64,000 nucleotides of DNA from Leucoraja erinacea (Eukaryota): the NCBI RefSeq assembly GCF_028641065.1, contig NC_073377.1:108066001-108130000 (forward strand). The letters are read 5' to 3'. A program made the position numbers and the translations under genes. The notes beneath the pieces were generated by a model. The model saw only the letters and a program-made list of their open reading frames with translations, was not told where the DNA came from and searched no databases. Below, one piece after another: positions 51,857-64,000 of this stretch (position 1 is its first letter; each line of letters begins with the position of its first letter).

Positions 51857-52710
51857 TACAGGTTGAACACCGAATTCCTGGCACCTTCAGTTCCAGACCC
51901 TTTCTGGATTGTTAGTTCTTCTGTACCAACAGAACTCACATGATAATGAAACGACAATACATCTCTCCTGTGTCTCTAAAGCACCATGGAAAGCCAGAAA
52001 CTTTAGTAAAACAAATATAAAATGTAAACCGAATGTGGATGGAATAATCTGCCGAACCATCCCCAGCTCCCACCATCTCCCTGGCCATTTCGAGGTCCGG
52101 CTTCCGACCCCACTCCTGACTCAAGGTGCACCAGCAAGCCCTTCTTCCCTCACTGCATGCTCAGGTGACACGGTTGTTGTAGCCTCTGGGGACAACGTTT
52201 CCTTCGTGCTACCGACAGAATGTGCTTGGTTACCATGGGGCTCTCTCCCCTCTCACCTGCTATCGTTTCCAAAGTGGAGCATATCAGAGACTCCGGGGGA
52301 GGAGGAGCAGGCAGTGGTGATGGGGGGAATTAAGGAAGGGGAGGAAAAGGCCAGTTAGACAGAGCAAAGGGGGGAGGAGGCAGCAGTAGTCCAGCGCGGA
52401 GTGGAAAAAGGCACCGCAAACAGCAGAAGGTGGGAGGAGAGGGAACCCCACGGTGACCAGGCATGTTCTGTTGGGGGTGGTGGGTGGTGGCCTGAAGAAA
52501 GCGCTGTTCCCAGGGGCTACAATGCGAGCCGCAACAACAGCCGTGTGACCGGACCGTGCGGTGGGTGAAGAAGGGTGAGTCAGGAATTGGGTCGGATGCC
52601 GGAGCTCTAAACGGCCGGGGATATGGTGGGAGCCGAGGATGGGTTGGCAGGTCATTTTACTATATCCAAAATTTGTTATAAAAGGCTCAGGAAAATGAGG
52701 GTTTACTGTA
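51857..52710. mobile_element. Tigger/pogo-like fold-back MITE
   Basis: ta|cagg... and ...actg|ta ends; long imperfect inverted arms 52045-52270 and 52420-52655. Confidence 0.5.
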
Positions 52711-53348
52711 TTGTCTTTGCGGAACAGTTAAGAGAGAAGATTGAGAGCTTAGTTGAAAGGAGATTTTGGCAAGCAGCCTTTTAAAGGTGCCCAGTAAATT
52801 AGAGAAGGCTTGACAGGCAGTTCAGAATTCCAGAGGGCAAGAAGAAACTGAACAGAATGGTGGGGTCCAGGCCGAGTTGAAACACAAAAAACCTAAACAT
52901 AGAGCAGCAGAGACAGAATTAGACAAGGCCAAGGAGGGATTTCAATGTTAAGATGTAAACAAACAACTCTTTCACGATGGAGGAAATCAACGTGAGATGA
53001 AGTGAGAGAGTGAATCTAGTGAGTCATAGATAATAATGGCCATTTATTATCACAATGGAGGACATGGCCGGAAAGAGCGCTTGCCACTCGCAATGCCACT
53101 TGTGGCCGCTCGGGGAATTTCAACTGGGCTCTTATACTTTCGTCCGGATTAAAGGCGTGGGCGGATCATCAGTTGTCGGAAAATCTGTTCAACCTGTAAT
53201 TTTTACCAAAAAAGCCCCAAAACTTTTGATAAAGATATATTTAAGCTGGAAAAATTGCAGACGATTTATGAGGATGTTGCCAGGACTTGTGGCCCTGAGC
53301 TAAATATGGATATAAATAAGTTCTGATATAAATATTGATATACTGTAC

Positions 53349-53474
53349 CTTGACAAACAATGCAAGTCTATTTTCTTTAAAAGCATAGAAACTGAATAGG
53401 TGGTGCTGTCCACTCTTTGTAAGAGGCACAAGGTTGCCAAAACAGTCAGCATAAATTGGCTTGCCTTCCAATAC
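53349..53474 (-). CDS. ANK2: ANK2 UPA-domain exon (126 nt)
   Basis: [42 protein letters not shown]; AG/GT boundaries. Confidence 0.96.
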
Positions 53475-54162
53475 CTAGAGGAACACAGTCACGTTAGGTG
53501 AAAAGATTCTCGTCTAAATTAATAAAGTGTGCCTATTATATTAATTATTTTTTCCATAAGCTTCTTCTGTGTGGATGTAAATGAAGGAGGAAAGGGTAAG
53601 AGGAGAGAGGGGAGTGGGAAGTGTGAGAAATAACTTGGCTGATTTCAGCTAACATTTTTCGTCAAAATAAATACATTAAAAGGTTGTCCGAAATCAGAGG
53701 GAACGGATCCAAATCTTGGAAAATTTGTGGAATTCAACATTTAAAGCAATTTAGTAATACCCTTTACAAAATAAAGAATAACTATGGTTTATTTTGCAAA
53801 ATAAAACTATTGGGCATAGCTTTAAGGTGAAAGGGGCAAAGTTGATGTTAGTAAGATGTTGTGGGCAAATGTTTTTGTTACACAGATGGTGGCAAGTGCC
53901 TAGAATGAACTGCATGAGGTGATGGAGAAGACAGGTATGATAGTGGCTTAATAGACTTAATAGGCACATGGATATGCAGGAATGGAGGGATATGGTTGGC
54001 ATCATGTTCGGCACAGTTGGCATCATGTTTGGCGCTGATCCTGTGCTGTACTGTTCTATGTTTTAAAATGATGTCCCCGAGCAAAATGTCCTTAGTTTTA
54101 GTGCTTTAGTTTAGTAAATCACCTGGGCACAGTGAACAATGAAAATCTGCAAAATGTGATAC

Positions 54163-54391
54163 CTCAACGTCTCTGCTCCTAGCAACCTCTGTGAAATTTT
54201 CCTGCTGTTCCAATGTTTTGTCCACCTTGTCATCTGTCATGCAGAAGCATCTCAATCGTGCCTCAATTGGATCAAGTGATTTGGCAAAAACTACAAATTT
54301 GGCCATGTATGGTACACATATAATTTCTCTGTACACTTGTGTGGCAAAGTTCACAGATTCTTGGATTTGCCGACAGTCTATGAGCCAGAAC
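54163..54391 (-). CDS. ANK2: ANK2 ZU5B/UPA exon (229 nt)
   Basis: (R)[13 protein letters not shown]...[13 protein letters not shown]...[22 protein letters not shown]...SRDVE. Confidence 0.97.
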
Positions 54392-54464
54392 CTGTACACA
54401 AGCAGAAAAAAACCAGACATTTTATTTGTCTCGACAATTGTTTGCTAAATCATAAGTTGGTAAG

Positions 54465-55700
54465 ACATAGGAGCAGAATGAGGCTATTTGGCCCATCCAA
54501 TCTGCTCAGCCCTTCAATCATGGCTGATCCATTTTTCTCTCTGAACCCCATTCTGTCTTCTCCCACTTACCTTTGGCTCCCTTACTAATCAATAATCTAT
54601 CAATCTCTGCTATAAAAATACCCAATATCGTGGCCTCCACCCCTATCTGTGGCAATAAATTTCACAAATTCACCAACCTCTGGCTAAAGACATTCCCATC
54701 ATCTCCATTTTAAAGATACGTAATTCTGTGGCTGTGCCCTCTGGTCCTAGACTCTTCCACAACTGGAAATGTCCTCCCCACATCTATTCTATCATTTTTT
54801 CATTATTTGCTAGGGTTCAATGAGATCCCTCTCATCCTTCTAAACTCCAGCGAGTACAGGCCCAGAGCTATCAAGCACTCCTCGTACGTTAACCCAATAA
54901 TACCTGGGGTCTGAAGAAGGGTTTCGGCCCGAAACGTTGCCTATTTCCTTCGCTCCATAGATGCTGCTGCACCCGCTGAGTTTCTCCAGCTTTTTTGTGT
55001 AACCTTCGATTCTCCAGCATCTGCAGTTCCCTCTTAAATACCTGGGGTCATTCTTGTAAGCCTCCTCTGGACCTCCCCAATGCCAACACATACTTCCTCA
55101 GATATGGGGCCCAAAACTGCTCACAATATCCCTAATGTGGTCGAACCAGTGCCTTACAAAGCCTCAGCATTACATCCTTGCTTTTATATTCTAGTTCTCT
55201 CATAATGAATGCTAACATTGCATTTGCCTTCTGTACTACTGACTCAACCTGCAAATTAACCTTTTGGGAATCCTGCACCAGCACCTCCAAGTGTCTTTGC
55301 ACCTTCTATTTCTGAATCCACTCCCCACAGAAATTAGTTCATGCCTTTATTCCTTCTACCAAAGTGCATGAATGTACACTTTGCTATGCTGTACTCCACA
55401 ACCACTTCTTTCTCCACACTCCCAAATTGAGCAAATCTGGTTCATTACAGAACAAATCCAGAATTGATTTTCCCTGTCAACCCTCATATTGAAATCCCCC
55501 ATGATCACTGTGACATTCCCTTTCTTTCATATGATTTCTATTGCTTGTTGTAATTGGTACCCTACATCCTGGCTGCTATTCGGAGGACTATTTATTACTC
55601 CCAACAGGGTATTTTTACCCTTGCAGTTTCTTAACTGCAAGGATGAAAGGATTCTACATCTTCTGCTCCTGTCGTTTCTTGCCAATGATTGGATTCCATT
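54465..55700 (-). mobile_element. Old CR1 fragments
   Basis: Reverse complement of CR1 3'UTR/RT end and APE pieces. Confidence 0.8.
54911..54938 (+). ncRNA. Minimal hammerhead ribozyme motif at the 5' edge of a TSD-flanked mini-element (54912-55036)
   Basis: CTGAAGA-A-GGGT-TTCG-GCCC-GAAA-CGTT; possible helix I GGGT/GCCT; TSD aatacctggggtc. Confidence 0.65.
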
Positions 55701-56189
55701 CCCTACCAGAGCGACCCACCCCTCTGCCATCCCAGCTCGGTTCCTCTTTCAGCCTCTATCCCCACAATCACCATACCCGCCAATTTCCAACTGCGCTATA
55801 AGTTTCTTATACTGTGTGCAGTCAGATATACAGTAACACCTTCAGTTCTGTATTTACAACACCTCTTCTCAAATTTGGCCCCATGTTGACTGACGTTAGA
55901 CTCTTATCCCTTTCTAAACTTTCTGTCCTATTTCTTATTCTGGAGACTTCAGTAAACTCTCCTGCTTTCTCCTTATCTTTATCTTTATCTATATTTGTTA
56001 AGAGTAATAATGAAAAACTGCACAAAGAGAATTATATATCGAGTGTGGCAATTCATAAATAGGGTATTCAACTCATTAAACATGATCTACCTTTCACTTA
56101 GAGAACTGTATCTCACTTCCATAGTGGTGCAGCGACAGAGCTGCTGCCTTATTTATAGCACCAGAGACTCGGATTCTCTCCCGACTACA

Positions 56190-56572
56190 TCGGGACAGAG
56201 CTACCAGCCTTGGAGGGCATCTACCACGCACGGTGCCTCAGGAAGGCCGTCAGCATCCATAAAGACTCATCACACCCCTGTAACGGACTGTTTGAACTAC
56301 TTCCCTCCGGCAGACGTTACAAGGCCTTCTACGCCCGAACCTCCAGACTCAGAAACAGCTTTATTCCAAGAGCTATAGCGGCTCTGAACCGGCCCTGCTG
56401 AGTGCCCCCCACCCCCCCCTGGACTGTCTCCCTCGGATGGTCACGACACACACAGCTTATTTATTTATTTTACTTTTCTTTTTCATCGGTTGGAGCTGCA
56501 TACTAAATCTCGTTGCACTGACGTGCAATGACAATAAAATATATTATTATTATTATTATTATATTATTATTA
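56190..56572 (+). mobile_element. Rex1/Babar LINE 3' end with (TAT)n tail, inserted in a V-SINE
   Basis: RCLRKAVSIHKDSSHP...LFELLPSGRRY...RTSRLRNSFIPRAI. Confidence 0.88.
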
Positions 56573-57848
56573 CATGTGATGTCTGTACAGAGTTTGCACG
56601 TTCTCCCTGTGACCACGTGGGTTTTTCCCTGGTGCTCCAGTTTCCTCATACATCCCAAAGATATCCACGTTTGTAGGTTAATTAGCTTCTGTAAATTGTT
56701 CCTAGTATGTAGGATAAAACTAGTGTACAAGTGCTTGTTGATCGGTGGGGACTTGGTGGGTCGAAGGTCCTGTTTCCATGCTGTATATTTAAACTAAACT
56801 AAACTCCACTTAGCTGTTAAGTGTCTATATCCCTTAATATCCTTTCCTTACTAAATTTATCAAGCTCAATTTTCTAATTTGGTCTCAGCAGAGGGAAGTG
56901 TTCGAATACCATTTTATGTGAAGAAGTTTGAGCTGATAACATACCTGGAAAGCGTTCCTCTAATTTAATACGTTCTTGATCTAGATTTGTGTGCAAGCAG
57001 ACCCTTCAACCCACCCATTCACTAGTTCTATGTTAACCTACCTTTGCATCCACACCCTACTCACTATCGGCAATTTACAGTGGCCAGTTAACCTAGAAAC
57101 AGGCCTGTCTTTGGGATGTGGGAGGAAATCGAAACACCTGGAGGAAACTCTCACTGTCACACGGAGAATGTACAAATTCTACACAAACAGCACCCTCGGT
57201 CAGGATACAACTCGGATCTATCAAATTCCTGAATGATTTATACTCTTCAATAATATAAACCCTTAATCTCTATATTTGGGGACAGTGATATGAGTTTGTA
57301 TCTAAACATTTTAGCCCTTTTATCAGCCCCTTTATAACATTGAAATTGTGCTGCATTCATCCCATGAGGAATATATCCTTCCTGATCTGAAGTGCTCACA
57401 GTTAAAGCTCTAGATTAAATGTATCCAGGCAAATGTACAAGCATATGCAAAGCTTCGAACCCTTTGTAAATTACCCACTTTTTTTTTAATGGGTTTTTAA
57501 TGATTTTGTTTTCTATCTGTCAACTGGTTCTCACTATTTTCTGCACTTGGTTACTCAATTTCCCATGGTCACCCACCTTTCCTAAATTTTCACCGTTTGG
57601 AAAAGATGCAGAAATATCTTTACCGAAAAAGGATGGCCTCCTATTTCCCATTGTAAATTCCATTTGCCATCACCTTGCCGAGTTGTTTAAATCTCAGGAG
57701 ATTCTCAGCAACCTTCTTATTATATCCTTGTTAATTATTGCAGCATATAACTTAGGGTAATTATAGTTAAGTTTGCAAACTTTCTACAATCAGATGCATA
57801 TTAAAAAAATCATTGTTGCACAGCTCTCATCTTTTCTATGATCCATAC

Positions 57849-57945
57849 CTAGCAGACACATTTGTTGTGAAAGAAACACATTCATTGACAAATGACAACG
57901 GAGTTGTTCCAGTTATGTCTTCCCATTGTGCTGGTGTTGTTCCGC
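57849..57945 (-). CDS. ANK2: ANK2 ZU5B exon (97 nt)
   Basis: (G)[31 protein letters not shown](R); AG/GT boundaries. Confidence 0.96.
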
Positions 57946-59192
57946 CTGGAAAAATAAGAGAAAGGCAAAACCAAAAATTGTCATTCCAATACTACAATGT
58001 GGGTATTTCAGTCCAATGGCAAAATAAGAAAATGAAGAGTGGGTTTTCTGTGCATTATATCTGCACATTGTAAGCACGAAGAAGGAAAGCAGTCAAGGAA
58101 CACTATAACGTAAATAAGACTGCATTCACATTATGTAAGTTTGGATAGGTGTCAGTGAGACCACACAGAACACTGTGCAGGTCTGGTTGCTCAGCTATAG
58201 GAAGGATCTCATTAGATTGGAAAGGGTGCATAAGCGATTCACCAGGGTGTTACCTAGATTTGCAGACTTATGTTACAGGGAGAGATTGAATAGGCTATTA
58301 CTTTTTGCTTTGGAGCATAGGCTTAGGGGAGACTTTATTGAAATGTACAACAAGATCATGAGAAGCATGGATAAAGTGAACAATTCTTTGCAAAACTAGA
58401 GAGCAAAAACTTAAGGTAAGATTTACAAAGGACCACAGCGGGAAGCTTTTCACTCAGCGAGTAGTTTGTATCTGGATGAACTGTCAGAAGAAGCTAGAAA
58501 GCATCCAGAGAACCTGCCTGAGGCTGGGGAAGCTAGAGAAGTAGATACAATTATGATTTTTGGACAGCTATATGAATCAGAGGGTTTAGAGGGCTAGCAT
58601 CCAAATACAGGCAAATTATGCAAATATAATATAATAAAAATAATCATTAATTTAGTGGTTTCTGTCAATTAATAAACTAGTGGAATTAAATATAATTAAA
58701 ACCTAAAACTCTCAAATCAGCATAAAAGCTATATCTTTTACATGTATTCATTAAAAGGAAATGGGATAGGGTGGGTGGTTTGGTTTTGGCTTTGGGGAAG
58801 GAGGGTACGGAGGAAATTGGGATTCTCAGTCAATCACAGGGGTAAAATAATACAAAACAAGCTTGATGAGCATCCTTATTTCTATTAACACACAAGCAGT
58901 GCTCAACAAGCTTCTAAATCTGGCCCTCAACACTGCCAGAAAATCTGGCAGCAGATATTAAAAATAATGGGAGGTCAAGCAAGAACGCAACTGAAATTGA
59001 ATACAGCACACACAATGCCAAATTAAATGAATTCCTTCTGCCTGCAAGTGATTTTTATCACTCCATTCCCTGCCTATCATTGTACCAATCTAAAAGTGCC
59101 ACTATCATATTTGCTTCCACCACCACCTGTGGCAGCATCTTCTAAGCAGTTATCACTGTAAAAAAATAACTTGCCCCACACATCATATCATA

Positions 59193-59900
59193 TCTATATT
59201 ACTAAAAGTCTGATCTTGACCACTTCCTGTTGTTCTGTATATTGATTTTAGAAAAAACTATACTACTCACGGATGTGATTTTCTGTCATCTTACTCGGAG
59301 ACCCCCTCCGCTGCGCAGGACAAGAGGATTTTCCCCATTGATTAAAAATAAAAGAGCTATTAGTGTTTAAAAAATGTTGAGATTATCTCTCGTAAAACCC
59401 GGAAGTGCTGAGGGCCTCAGTCCATCTCTGCAAGATGGGGGAGCGAGAGGGTCACATCTCTCAGTCTGAGCTGTGAATAACACTGCACACATGTCTACTA
59501 AACTGTGAGTGGTTTTACTGACCTGTCAGTGCCCTTAATGTGGTTTGAAAATATAGTTTGGAAATGCTAAAGCTGTGTTGCCTTTGGTTTGGAAGTGCTA
59601 GAGCTGTGTTGCCTTTGGATTGGAAATGCTAAAGCTGTGTTGCCTTTGGTTTGGAAATGTTAAAGCTGTGTTGCCTAATTAAAGTTGGCTTGCCTAATTA
59701 AAGTTGTCTTGCCTAATTAAAGTTGGCTTGCCTAATTAAAGTTGTCTTGCCTAATTAAAGTTGGCTTGCCTAATTAAAGTTGGCTTGCCTAATTAAAGTT
59801 GGCTTGCCTTCTATATAATTAAAAGTCTCATCTTGACCATTTCCTGTTTGCGCTTTATATTGATTTTAGAAAAACGCCACCACGTACAGCTGTGGAAATT
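59193..59900 (+). mobile_element. Helitron-like non-autonomous element with duplicated 5' terminus and minisatellites
   Basis: A|TCTATATTACTAAAAG start, repeated at 59810; 3' CTRR end not seen. Confidence 0.5.
59560..59809. repeat. 31-bp x ~3.7 and 19-bp x 7 tandem repeats
   Basis: ggaaatgctaaagctgtgttgcctttggttt; ttgcctaattaaagttggc. Confidence 0.95.
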
Positions 59901-60742
59901 TTACATAGATACATAGATAGAATTATTTCTATTTCTATATATAATTTCACAACAATTCACCCTAATTTCATTCTCCATCACTCCTCTCTGCATTAACCAA
60001 TAAGCACCCATTTTTATATTAATCTTATGTAACCCACTAATCCTATGTAACACACTCCAGAACCAGGGCCACAGTTTAAGAATAAGGGGTAAGCCATAAG
60101 AACGGAGACGAGGAAACACTTTTCTCACAGAGTGGTGAGTCTATGGAATTCTCAGCCTCAGGCAGGTTCTCTGGATGCTTTCAAGAGAGAGCTAGATAGG
60201 GCTCTTAAAATAGTGGAGACAGGGGATATGGGGAGAAGGCAGGAACGGGGTACTGATTGGGGATGATCAGCCATGATCACATTGAATGGCGGTGCTGGCT
60301 CGAAAGGCCGAATGGCCTACTCCTGCACCTATTGTCTATTTGTCTATTGTCCCCACATTCCCATCAACACCCGCAGATTCTACCACTCACCTCTACACGA
60401 GGGCTTATTTACAATGGTCAAATAACCTACACACCCATACATTTTTAGCATCCAGGAGGAACTTGGAGCACCTGGAGAAAACCCAAGCAAGCATAAGACA
60501 ACATTTCAACTGTAGCACAAAAGTTCAGGATTGAACCCGCCTGAGCTTGGGATAAAACTCTGACTCTGTCACCCAGTGAGGTTAATCCCAGGAGTAAATA
60601 AAACAGGTTTATGATTGTTTCCACATCAGCTTTCATGCAAATTTACGAACGCCAATAATCACTCTAGCAGATTATCACCATGTAGTGAAGCAGAAGTCAG
60701 TGCCTTTGATTCACCATTTAAAATCAGGTATGGATTTCTTAC

Positions 60743-60947
60743 CTGTTATACTGCAAAGTAACCTGAGAGTTGGGGTGTCTCCACCATAACCATTCATTAA
60801 TCCGTCAGTAGAGGACTTTGGAATGGGAATTGTCATCGTGATAGGTTTATGGAATTTCCTTCTTCTCGGCTCAAGAGTGACTATTGGACTAAAAGTCGCT
60901 TTATTGCCCAGGATTTTCTTGACTAATTCAACATGCATGGGTTGGGC
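60743..60947 (-). CDS. ANK2: ANK2 ZU5B exon (205 nt)
   Basis: [41 protein letters not shown]...LRLLCSIT(G). Confidence 0.97.
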
Positions 60948-61085
60948 CTGGACATTAATTAGAAAAAAATGAAATCGCATTTAGTAGATTAACTCCATTA
61001 AACATGTAGTGATATTCCTCATTGTCATTGGAATAAACATGTTCTAGGTTTGGTGTGTTATTGAAAACATTGAAAAAACAGTCAC

Positions 61086-61297
61086 CTGGAGTCCAACTCG
61101 AATCCTCTTGGTTAAAGCTCCTTCAGGGAAGACAGCTTGAACCTGTGGAACCACAGTGCTGCTCAGCACACCTCCTTCTGGTCCAATCAGGTTACTGTCC
61201 TGTCTGACTCTGGACACTACTGCAAAGTATTGTGGGAAGTCCCTGGTAACGATACGGCAAATACGTTTTCTGTCAAGTTCCTCTAGACTATCAAGTA
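61086..61297 (-). CDS. ANK2: ANK2 ZU5A/ZU5B exon (212 nt)
   Basis: (V)[29 protein letters not shown]...[33 protein letters not shown]. Confidence 0.97.
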
Positions 61298-62199
61298 CTG
61301 TAAAAATAAAGAAAACATATCCATTGGAGATTTTCTATTTAAATTAAATATTTTTTATCATAAATTTACATACCACTAATTTAGCCAAGAGAATTTATTG
61401 TCATGTGTCCCAGATAGGACAATGAAATCAAATTTCTGTTTGAACTGAAAACAAGTTACAAAAAGCCTCATACGTCTAAACAGTACTCAACCATTAAATT
61501 GCAAAAATATATTTTCCGAATACATCCAAGATGGTTATTTTCAATCCATTAAGTCAAAATGTTTTTCTTTATTGGCATGTCTGCAGCTTACCTTCAGATT
61601 TCAATGCGAAAGATGAAGTCATTTGCATTCTTTACTCTCAACCAATAATAGATGCCAATAAATTGATTGCCCAGTATCTGTTTTAGTAGTACTACAACTT
61701 TTAACTACATCCAAAGTAGATTGTACTGGAGATCACTGTCGGTGAAATCACGTTAGGCATGAAATGGGACCAAGCGCTTCAGTGTGCAGTTAACATTAAT
61801 GCTTGAAGAAGGTCCCGACCCAAAACATTGCCTATTCATGTCCTCCAGAGATGCTGCATGACCCACTGAGTTATTCCAGCACTTTGTGTTTTACTCAAGA
61901 TTCACCACTTGTGGTTCCATGTCTCTCTATTTGTGCTTTTTATGTTTTCGCATAGAAGAAAAGTCACAGAAGAATAAGGAGCACGTTTGTTGTTTATTTT
62001 GCCTTTTAAAGGTTACTCTGCTGACACCAGGCAAACTGCATGGATTATTTCAAAAGTCTATAGAGTGTATAAAATGAAGAGGCAATGGTTTCTCCAGGAT
62101 TCAGCTGCTGAGATACTGGAAGCCCCAGAAATGAGAGCAAACAATTACCATAAATATATTTTACCCAATTGTTAGCCACTTGAGATGGTCAGAAACCTC

Positions 62200-63200
62200 A
62201 GGGCAGGAGGCAAAGACATGCCCGTTTATTCAAAGTCTTCACAAAGATGCCACATCCTATTTGTACCTATGTGATGAGCATTATATTTGGAATGCTGTCA
62301 TCACTGAGCTACATCAAATGCTGCTCCGACCTGCTCTTGTGCCTGAACTGCTCTCTCCACGGAGTTCACGGTGACCTGGGCCCTCAATACCCACATCACG
62401 GGATCTCTACAAGTGCCAAAGAAGCTCTCTGCAATGTCTCCCAGTTTCCTATTCACTTAATTGACAGAGTGATTACCCAAACACATGAGGCATATGATTT
62501 CAGTGAGAAATAGTTTCATCTCAGATGCAAGGATTTGCAGGCATTGACCACTTTCTTGTGCCCATAAAGGGTCCATTAACCCCAAACCTTTTATGAATAA
62601 AAAGGGTTTCCATGACATCAAAGTGCAGGTGGTTGTACATCACAAGAATATCCTCATGGTGAATGCCACGTTACTGAGATATATCCACCATCCAGAAGGA
62701 AAACACACTGCTGGACATTTTTGACTGCTGGCACTAGCTGGAAGGATGAGTCCTGGAGGTCAAGGAATATTCTTAATTCTTCAGTCTGAAGAAGGGTCTC
62801 GACTCGAAACGTCACCCACTCCTTTTCTCCATAGATGCTGCCTCACCCGCAGAGTTTCTCCAGCATTTTTATCTACTTTCTTAATTTCACCAGTTAGTGA
62901 TCCAATTACAGCAGTTGCAAACAAACACTCCAAGAGCAATGAAATGATTAGATAGCAACAGCTACATTGCTAGATGCTTGAGGGAACCTGCATCGTTTCA
63001 ATTTGTGATGGGATTGGAGCACACGGCAATCAGATGGGGGAGATCTATTCCTGCTGTATAGTGTAACTTGCAGGCTGCCAGAGGTAGTGCGGCAAGATCT
63101 ACAACCTGAAGAACATGGTGGAGTCGGGGAGCAACAGGAGAAGGAGGAGGAAGAGAGAAAGAGTTACTAGGAGTTGTCCTTGCTGAGCGTCCATTACCTC
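62200..63200 (+). pseudogene. Decayed PIF/Harbinger transposase
   Basis: LCNVSQFPIH, GIDHFLVPIKGP, FMNKKGFHDIKVQVV, *VLEVKEYS (cf. WLLGDKGYP) and PVSDPITA motifs in collinear order. Confidence 0.72.
62786..62813 (+). ncRNA. Minimal hammerhead ribozyme motif in a TSD-flanked mini-element (62779-62877)
   Basis: CTGAAGA-A-GGGTC-TC-GACTC-GAAA-CGTC; TSD ttcttaatt. Confidence 0.62.
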
Positions 63201-63559
63201 ATCATTCAGCTCAGTGGAAAAGGCAATACTGGCTGCACAGGACCTCTCAAGAAGGACTCTTTGATACCACACTCAGCCACATAGAGTGCAGATTTAAATG
63301 GGTTTTCTGCGGGATCTCCAGTTTCCTCCCACACTCCAAAGACGTCCAGGTTTGTAGGTTAATTGGCTTGGTATAATTGAGATACAGCATTGAAACAGAT
63401 GCATTGGCCCACCAAGTTATGGCAACCATCGATCACCCATTCACACTAGTTCTATGTTATTCCACTTTCTCATCAACTTCTTCATCAACAGAGATCAATT
63501 AACCCACAAACTTGCACATCTTTTAGTTTAGTTTACTTTAATTTAATTTATTTATCATT

Positions 63560-64000
63560 GTCACATATACCGAGGTAGTGAAAAGCTTTTTGTTGCATGC
63601 TACCCAGTCTGCAAAAAGACTATACATGATTAAAGTCAAGCCGTCCACAATGTTACAGATACGGGATAAAGGGTATAACATTTATATAAAGTACAATAAA
63701 GTCTGATTAAAGATAGTTCGAAGGTCTCCAATGAGGTAGATGGGAGGCCAGGATTGCTCTCTTGCTGGTGAGAGGTTGGCTCGGTCGCCTGATCATAGCT
63801 GGGAAGAAACTGTCCCTGAATCTGGAGGTATGTAGTTTCAAACTTCTGTGCCTCTTGTCTGATGGGAGAGGGGAGAAGAGGGAGTGACTAGGGTGAAACT
63901 GGTCCTTGGTTATGTCAAGGCAGCATGAAGTGTAGATGGAGTAAAGGAAGGGAGAGTTCATGATGGTCTGTCTATGTCCACATCTCTCTGTAATTTCTTG
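63560..64000 (-). mobile_element. Rex1/Babar LINE 3' fragment (another decayed copy near 47060-47300, +)
   Basis: ITKDQFHPSHSLFSPLPSDKRHRSLKLHTSRFRDSFFPA. Confidence 0.8.

Noticed and set aside
59671-59809. CRISPR-like array
   Set aside because: Head-to-tail repeats without unique spacers, in a eukaryotic intron.
61298-64000. Next upstream ANK2 ZU5A exon
   Set aside because: No open PVIVEIPHF-like frame found; the ALVEIP* look-alike near 62400 lies in the Harbinger fossil and hits a stop.

Overview
Vertebrate genomic DNA, most likely from a cartilaginous fish (skate/ray-like repeat landscape; inference). The whole window lies inside ANK2 (ankyrin-B) on the minus strand. I resolved 13 coding exons with GT-AG boundaries and consistent phases: ZU5/UPA exons, two microexons (33 and 22 nt), the 5589-nt giant exon, death-domain exons and the start of the C-terminal regulatory exon. 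The introns are dense in mobile DNA: CR1 LINEs (one with a near-intact ORF2), Penelope-like elements and their short hammerhead-ribozyme-bearing derivatives, V-SINEs, L2 and Rex1/Babar fragments, an IR/DR Tc1, Harbinger-type MITEs plus a decayed Harbinger transposase, hAT MITEs, a Helitron-like element and an Academ-like element carrying a spliced antisense gene relic. The most notable observations are: (1) the giant exon lacks the mammalian 12-aa microtubule-binding repeat array but has five clustered SxIP-like motifs; (2) a family of TSD-flanked minimal-hammerhead mini-elements that fold back at the ribozyme core; (3) the Academ-like element; (4) inverted CR1 copies bracketing a symmetric exon. 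All homology calls come from recalled sequence knowledge, not from searches. I found no clearly new multi-gene system.
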